The notes under the pieces: generated by a model
What the model was told of the DNA's origin: nothing
Seen by the model: only the letters and a program-made list of their open reading frames with translations
Databases searched by the model: none
From: an uncultured virus (IMG/VR IMGVR_UViG_2061766007_003022)
Lineage: Duplodnaviria; Heunggongvirae; Uroviricota; Caudoviricetes
Reading direction: 5' to 3' (one strand)
Virus record (IMG/VR): IMGVR_UViG_2061766007_003022
DNA: 63,895 bases
Position numbers and translations under genes: made by a program
In this document: positions 61,601-63,895 of the stretch, in pieces
How the letters are laid out: each line of letters opens with the position of its first letter
Numbering within the stretch: the first letter of the stretch is position 1

Positions 61601-63285
61601 GATATGTCAATCGTTCCTTCACGGCTGGCATATATAATCGCAGCGACACCCATCGAGAAGGAATACCGGTAAATGCAGTCTTCCAAGTCATTAGATGATG
61701 ACGGATAACGGATATCCTTGGAGAACAGCGGCACGACAACCTTTGGCAGAACGAACGCGCCGGTGACGTCATCTTCCGGTCCAAGTACGCGCATGTTCAT
61801 CGGAGAATCGCTACCGATACTCTTGAACAATTTGCTTTCGCTATCCTTTTCAGTATAAGACCTGGCGCGAGCATATGGCGTATCGGTTATGGTACTCTTC
61901 TTGAGACGTTCATCATTGGTCTCGTCGTCAATATATCCATTCTTCGAATTCTTCTTTTCCTCATTTGTGGAGGCCTGCTTTACGCCAATGTCATCCGGTA
62001 TATTCTCCGGGTCATCAACCAGCCCAGTCAGCATATCAGGATGGTCAACGAGTGCACCAATCATCTTGAACTTGGAAAATCCCTCGTTATTGCCTTTGGC
62101 AAATTTCGGGTCAATTGTCTTCCGGAACCAAGTAACCGCAGGAGACTTGTCAGTGTTACTAATCATTGCGGCAAGTGCAGTGGACTGCGGGTTTTCCGCA
62201 CCCATTTCATTGAGCTGATTGACCGCATTGGTTTCACCCCATTCATTCATGTTTACGGCTAAGTTCTTCGTCGCATACTGTCTGAAATTAGTGAGCTTTT
62301 CGAGAACACTATTGTACTTGTCGCGGTTTTCGGGAGGTTGCGCATCACGCAACGCACTAATCGCCATGTTAGCATACTTGGGGCTCATTGCCACCATCGC
62401 AGCCATCTGACCCATGCTGCTTTCATGCGACACCTTAATCTTCTTTGCAACCTGCTTTACGACATCATTATCGTAAGAATCCCCATAGAACTGGTTAAGT
62501 TCATTAATGACCTCCACCACGTCCGGGTTGGTATTCAGGAAGTCAATCAGCTTCTTGGTAAATGCATAGATGGACTTGGTCGAGCCGGTACGGTCAACGA
62601 CAATGCTGCTGTTGGAAGTGATTGCGTTGATGAACCAATGCTCGAGAATCTGCAGACGTCTCCATGCGTTATCCCGTTCTTCCGGGGTATTTCCACCAGC
62701 AGTTTCCGGGGTATATCCGAAGAGCATATTCCAGTTAATCGCACGGTTAAGCTTCGCCGCATCGGCAGCAATTACCGGGTCCGTACTCTGTAGTGCCGGA
62801 TTGAGCTTGTTCTGACAGGTCAAACTCTCGTTATTGTCAATATCCTCGGACATCTTGTCGGCGTCAGCCATGAATTTCTCTACCGACTTGGCCGATGAGG
62901 CGTCATCCTCGGCCTCACCGCGGCGCTGTCCGACCAGCGAAGTGACAATAGGACCAGTCCTAAGGTCCTCTAGTATGTCTACAAAATTCTTGTTGGGCCT
63001 GGTACCATCCCCGACATATGCTCGGATAAGCTCGAGGTCATTCGCAATGCGGTTGCTTTCGCCCGTTTCGTCGTTAACGCGGTTCACCAGATTTGCCGCT
63101 TCCGGGTCACGCATCACCTCGGGATGCACGAAAGCCATCAAAAGTGCAACGTTACGCGGCAACCTACGGGCATTATACGCACTTGCGATGGTTTTCATCA
63201 TGTTATAGGCATCATTGAACTTTCTAAGAATTCGTTCAACATCATATCCGGTCAACCCGTCGCCCTGCTCCAGCATAATATCCAT
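55684..63285 (-). CDS. giant hypothetical late protein (2533 aa), possible virion internal protein
   Basis: 7.6-kb gap-free ORF; ATAAACT at 63319-63325; C-terminal EPPENPA repeats; no motif recognised. Confidence 0.88.
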   Translation of the reverse strand: MDIMLEQGDGLTGYDVERILRKFNDAYNMMKTIASAYNARRLPRNVALLMAFVHPEVMRDPEAANLVNRVNDETGESNRIANDLELIRAYVGDGTRPNKNFVDILEDLRTGPIVTSLVGQRRGEAEDDASSAKSVEKFMADADKMSEDIDNNESLTCQNKLNPALQSTDPVIAADAAKLNRAINWNMLFGYTPETAGGNTPEERDNAWRRLQILEHWFINAITSNSSIVVDRTGSTKSIYAFTKKLIDFLNTNPDVVEVINELNQFYGDSYDNDVVKQVAKKIKVSHESSMGQMAAMVAMSPKYANMAISALRDAQPPENRDKYNSVLEKLTNFRQYATKNLAVNMNEWGETNAVNQLNEMGAENPQSTALAAMISNTDKSPAVTWFRKTIDPKFAKGNNEGFSKFKMIGALVDHPDMLTGLVDDPENIPDDIGVKQASTNEEKKNSKNGYIDDETNDERLKKSTITDTPYARARSYTEKDSESKLFKSIGSDSPMNMRVLGPEDDVTGAFVLPKVVVPLFSKDIRYPSSSNDLEDCIYRYSFSMGVAAIIYASREGTIDISSWYDLNENQDGEGGTSYNAHIKPDYIQQVDKNNAFINRLNGEIATCFANIAAREPAEAVIARNKWVDILTDKNKWAQVYNPILRYLVSRFDTKGELDEVDAEKMAMDIRTKLGRLIFNIKVGSVDYSIPDASDNLVVKNVRPYNPVNTSENGRLRKTGGIEGSVTAAGNDIIAYAKGRVKHTSEDNGSLEDSGKKYSVSFGDKTLGSDVVSESELDSWEPRRLVIAPDSDDRTAQYSLWVGLQFCSLMSDEGPENIERYPNDIIKASNDIYRDDAAYTGTAGSKFTPREATSAIQALHVTTGPAMKAVNDLSNAMESDYRTDDFNTLMEILNTAIDICPQESKAEINEHCTISAMLDKGDNSLAAASDVISTLVDTIYREYTGDVGNDAAYLAMSKIMEYCEDTNADEMTKLLRAFSAINALTRVAYTDPETNNPVFVGDKPFTVKCADNTVTVTEQNTRINYVDRYPAIHNTLGKLMTETRNLISKHIENLNGIQDEVHYYYRRAVIALEALSESYKHLITGDLEFYRDRGDRMYDIILNLMNDDVKNTLAEYIDMLKKYIGEVPELTSRTIFDIHKGIPAALDMGSAMTKFKTGAAEPKFNSTRAHSDGTRLYGDDVAGVPGMNIDDITEKDAIDAHPMYDNVKDKIEEFDTDGADNYSGVTNYPMLGMVKTDQYGMKSGSDNLNITTGISPIEFERVSLALDDAHNYVTNALDGVRGKNIPIRERMLRETAFVYYFINKLYPFMASTQSIDERDVLDDAQTISNSLTRAASECLDDAVKDEAVNCARLFSDAVNRVREATPEMTRSTSEANLVAARTFSTALANIILFMTSLNLPESIPGKYGGMEQYGPEESGKMPVGNAGLYTTLSAMPPVAPEKSGKTRTQTKQAQNINQMVNARIGAGNNGDDRLVRSLSEFYKLLGRGNTAGFKESIIPYMDLLGKLKKKDSMTYRNLYTGAAKTALGAALVWAITTDEASGGTEYPTLSRMVDALCSPNLIPVEVPVFLVNGIRMEKDEWGHDRLDMDRLVPVLFTKDGKAISAARGVDNMPAKELDSCVRFNDIAGLWDYLKLDTVEGVTNSKPASVDDLARNIRVGIIADKYDNGEIVANLRRDKQDVNAAVYEQVISDTRTDLLTNASKTKADGDSFVPFSVLYACIDENYLTAAMTNVTGSSVEYINRKQSNTFYNDMMSRINGGVTEEPMDEIVRKYEGSIVYSLATALAREAEGNLDEDSRDMILNMQCPDPEHPDRTIPDSSMNVLLGNNAGRLLDDCVAASKDSLNPNMVGRDYIKLAQDFLSKEFFADPADDKREIARTLVDMVIHAKDNNAGIDYDAGLEKITSLLGAKSNGIAEELYTDYLKMLRTPGNPVKAAALPIQRLRNTAIRMVIQAYEASSEFRNYYRAAHRSSAGDFQQARVDTHALPPIPAYEKIGGIGGVQQMYKKTYDVLVGNVSKEDGADYLDDVNFTIDNLGGAGAIERFNEIADRIIDDVHSLVLSTCEGIAETLNGETGENGKPSDNAMGNHPFDREYAGMSRIRLLNKLDNDMGIAKKSIGMQAPTGKNADPEAKGTGEWDNNGINAAVSTVVNTYCKWSTSNTTEELDTLLEQLGSDETLEEIDNTLKQAIGTAFATASKLYSDGVVLTANAASNFRGVASKVEISDARLDTILNKLCTKPNSPIREADSDMMDDYEINGVSYGRGECFAILRDAIQMLEKSTGVSINDLSDNQLMSPDFYECIRRCISMKKDYGLTSQAIMEFFIRTMIKYNYFKPSDAIPNSMMWYVTRKKPGVKTNDRVRARFDIPLNIVDDVVSSAVKNMKITATSNQWEQFAEDFEKYTVAGNYSRNKKITDPALKDDLVKLFRSVNNGLLAKMDNALAYAYRNGLNANNPVTADNGIVVSMNGARLRELLDVNNEGEFNQIDDDLAINPDEAPEPPEENPAEPPENPAEPPENPVPPQEDEEAPDEDEA

Positions 63286-63386
63286 CTGGTACCCCTACTA
63301 GGTGTATGTTTTGTCGCAAGTTTATATCCGTCCGGGCTTTTTTTCGGAAAAAAACTCATAAACTGCGGTCATAACGGGGTATCGAC

Positions 63387-63895
63387 ATGAAGTTCGTACA
63401 AGATGTAATAAAACTGGCGATGGCCAAGGGGAAGCCCGGCATAGACTCGCTAACCAAACTTGAGCTGCTGGTTGCCCTTGCTGCAGCGTCCGAAACCAAC
63501 CTGGCAAGATATAGTGGAGCCATCTTCGACCTCGTTACAATGTCGAAGCAGCCGGCATTTACCGGTCCGCTCGCCAATCCAGCCACGGCGGATAGGGTAT
63601 GGAACACCATAGATACTATTCCAGAAGACCCGAAATACTATGCGGGGCAAAACTTTGCTAAACTGGTCGACATACTAAACAACAGCGCCGTAGGCCTTAT
63701 CAACCGGGTAATCAGGAAGCCGGCCTTGGGTGACGCCACGGGCGCATCAAGCGGTCTCAAGCCTGAATTCGGCGGGGAAATCCCGATAAGCAGCACCCAT
63801 CCGATAAAGCAGGACTTCATGCCCCTGCTGGCACAAGTCACCGAATTCATGTGTCTAGAGATTCTGTCTCAGCAACAACAGCAGCAGCAACAGCA
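63387..63895 (+). CDS. hypothetical late protein, 3' truncated (absent from the ORF track)
   Basis: Open from ATG 63387 (MKFVQDVIKL...) to the window end in poly-Gln; ATAAACT at 63358-63364. Confidence 0.75.
   Translation, partial: MKFVQDVIKLAMAKGKPGIDSLTKLELLVALAAASETNLARYSGAIFDLVTMSKQPAFTGPLANPATADRVWNTIDTIPEDPKYYAGQNFAKLVDILNNSAVGLINRVIRKPALGDATGASSGLKPEFGGEIPISSTHPIKQDFMPLLAQVTEFMCLEILSQQQQQQQQ

Noticed and set aside
1..63895. Stop-codon reassignment
   Set aside because: Conserved genes are full length in code 11 and use TAA, TAG and TGA as genuine ends
1..63895. Diversity-generating retroelement suggested by diverged repeats
   Set aside because: No reverse transcriptase; differences are third-position and genome-wide, not adenine-specific
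1..63895. tRNA or rRNA genes
   Set aside because: None recognised; sequenced intergenic spaces are short and explained by promoters and terminators, though N-gaps cannot be assessed

Overview
A gap-rich scaffold from a large T4-like contractile-tailed (myovirus-type) phage. Replication genes: family B DNA polymerase, clamp loader large and small subunits, probable sliding clamp, primase, DnaB-like helicase, gp32-like SSB, UvsX/RecA, RuvC-like nuclease and ThyX. Structural genes: tail sheath, tail tube and a gp25-domain baseplate protein. Also present are a DnaJ and many uncharacterised proteins of up to 2533 aa. Most genes occur twice as diverged, partly inverted fragments separated by N-runs, so this is very probably a co-assembly of two related phage strains; that acts as a natural comparative-genomics experiment. 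Two promoter-like motifs partition the genes: TTTGCTATATTT precedes replication genes and ATAAACT precedes structural or unknown genes. Most notable observations: (i) a late-type protein whose C-terminal domain is swapped between strains exactly after a putative prohead-protease site; (ii) a tandem winged-HTH plus glycosyltransferase-fold fusion between primase and clamp; (iii) a possible second, DnaN-like clamp; (iv) in-place replacement of thyX by a very divergent thyX-like gene; (v) a giant gp25 fusion. All family calls come from motif recognition by eye, not from database searches.
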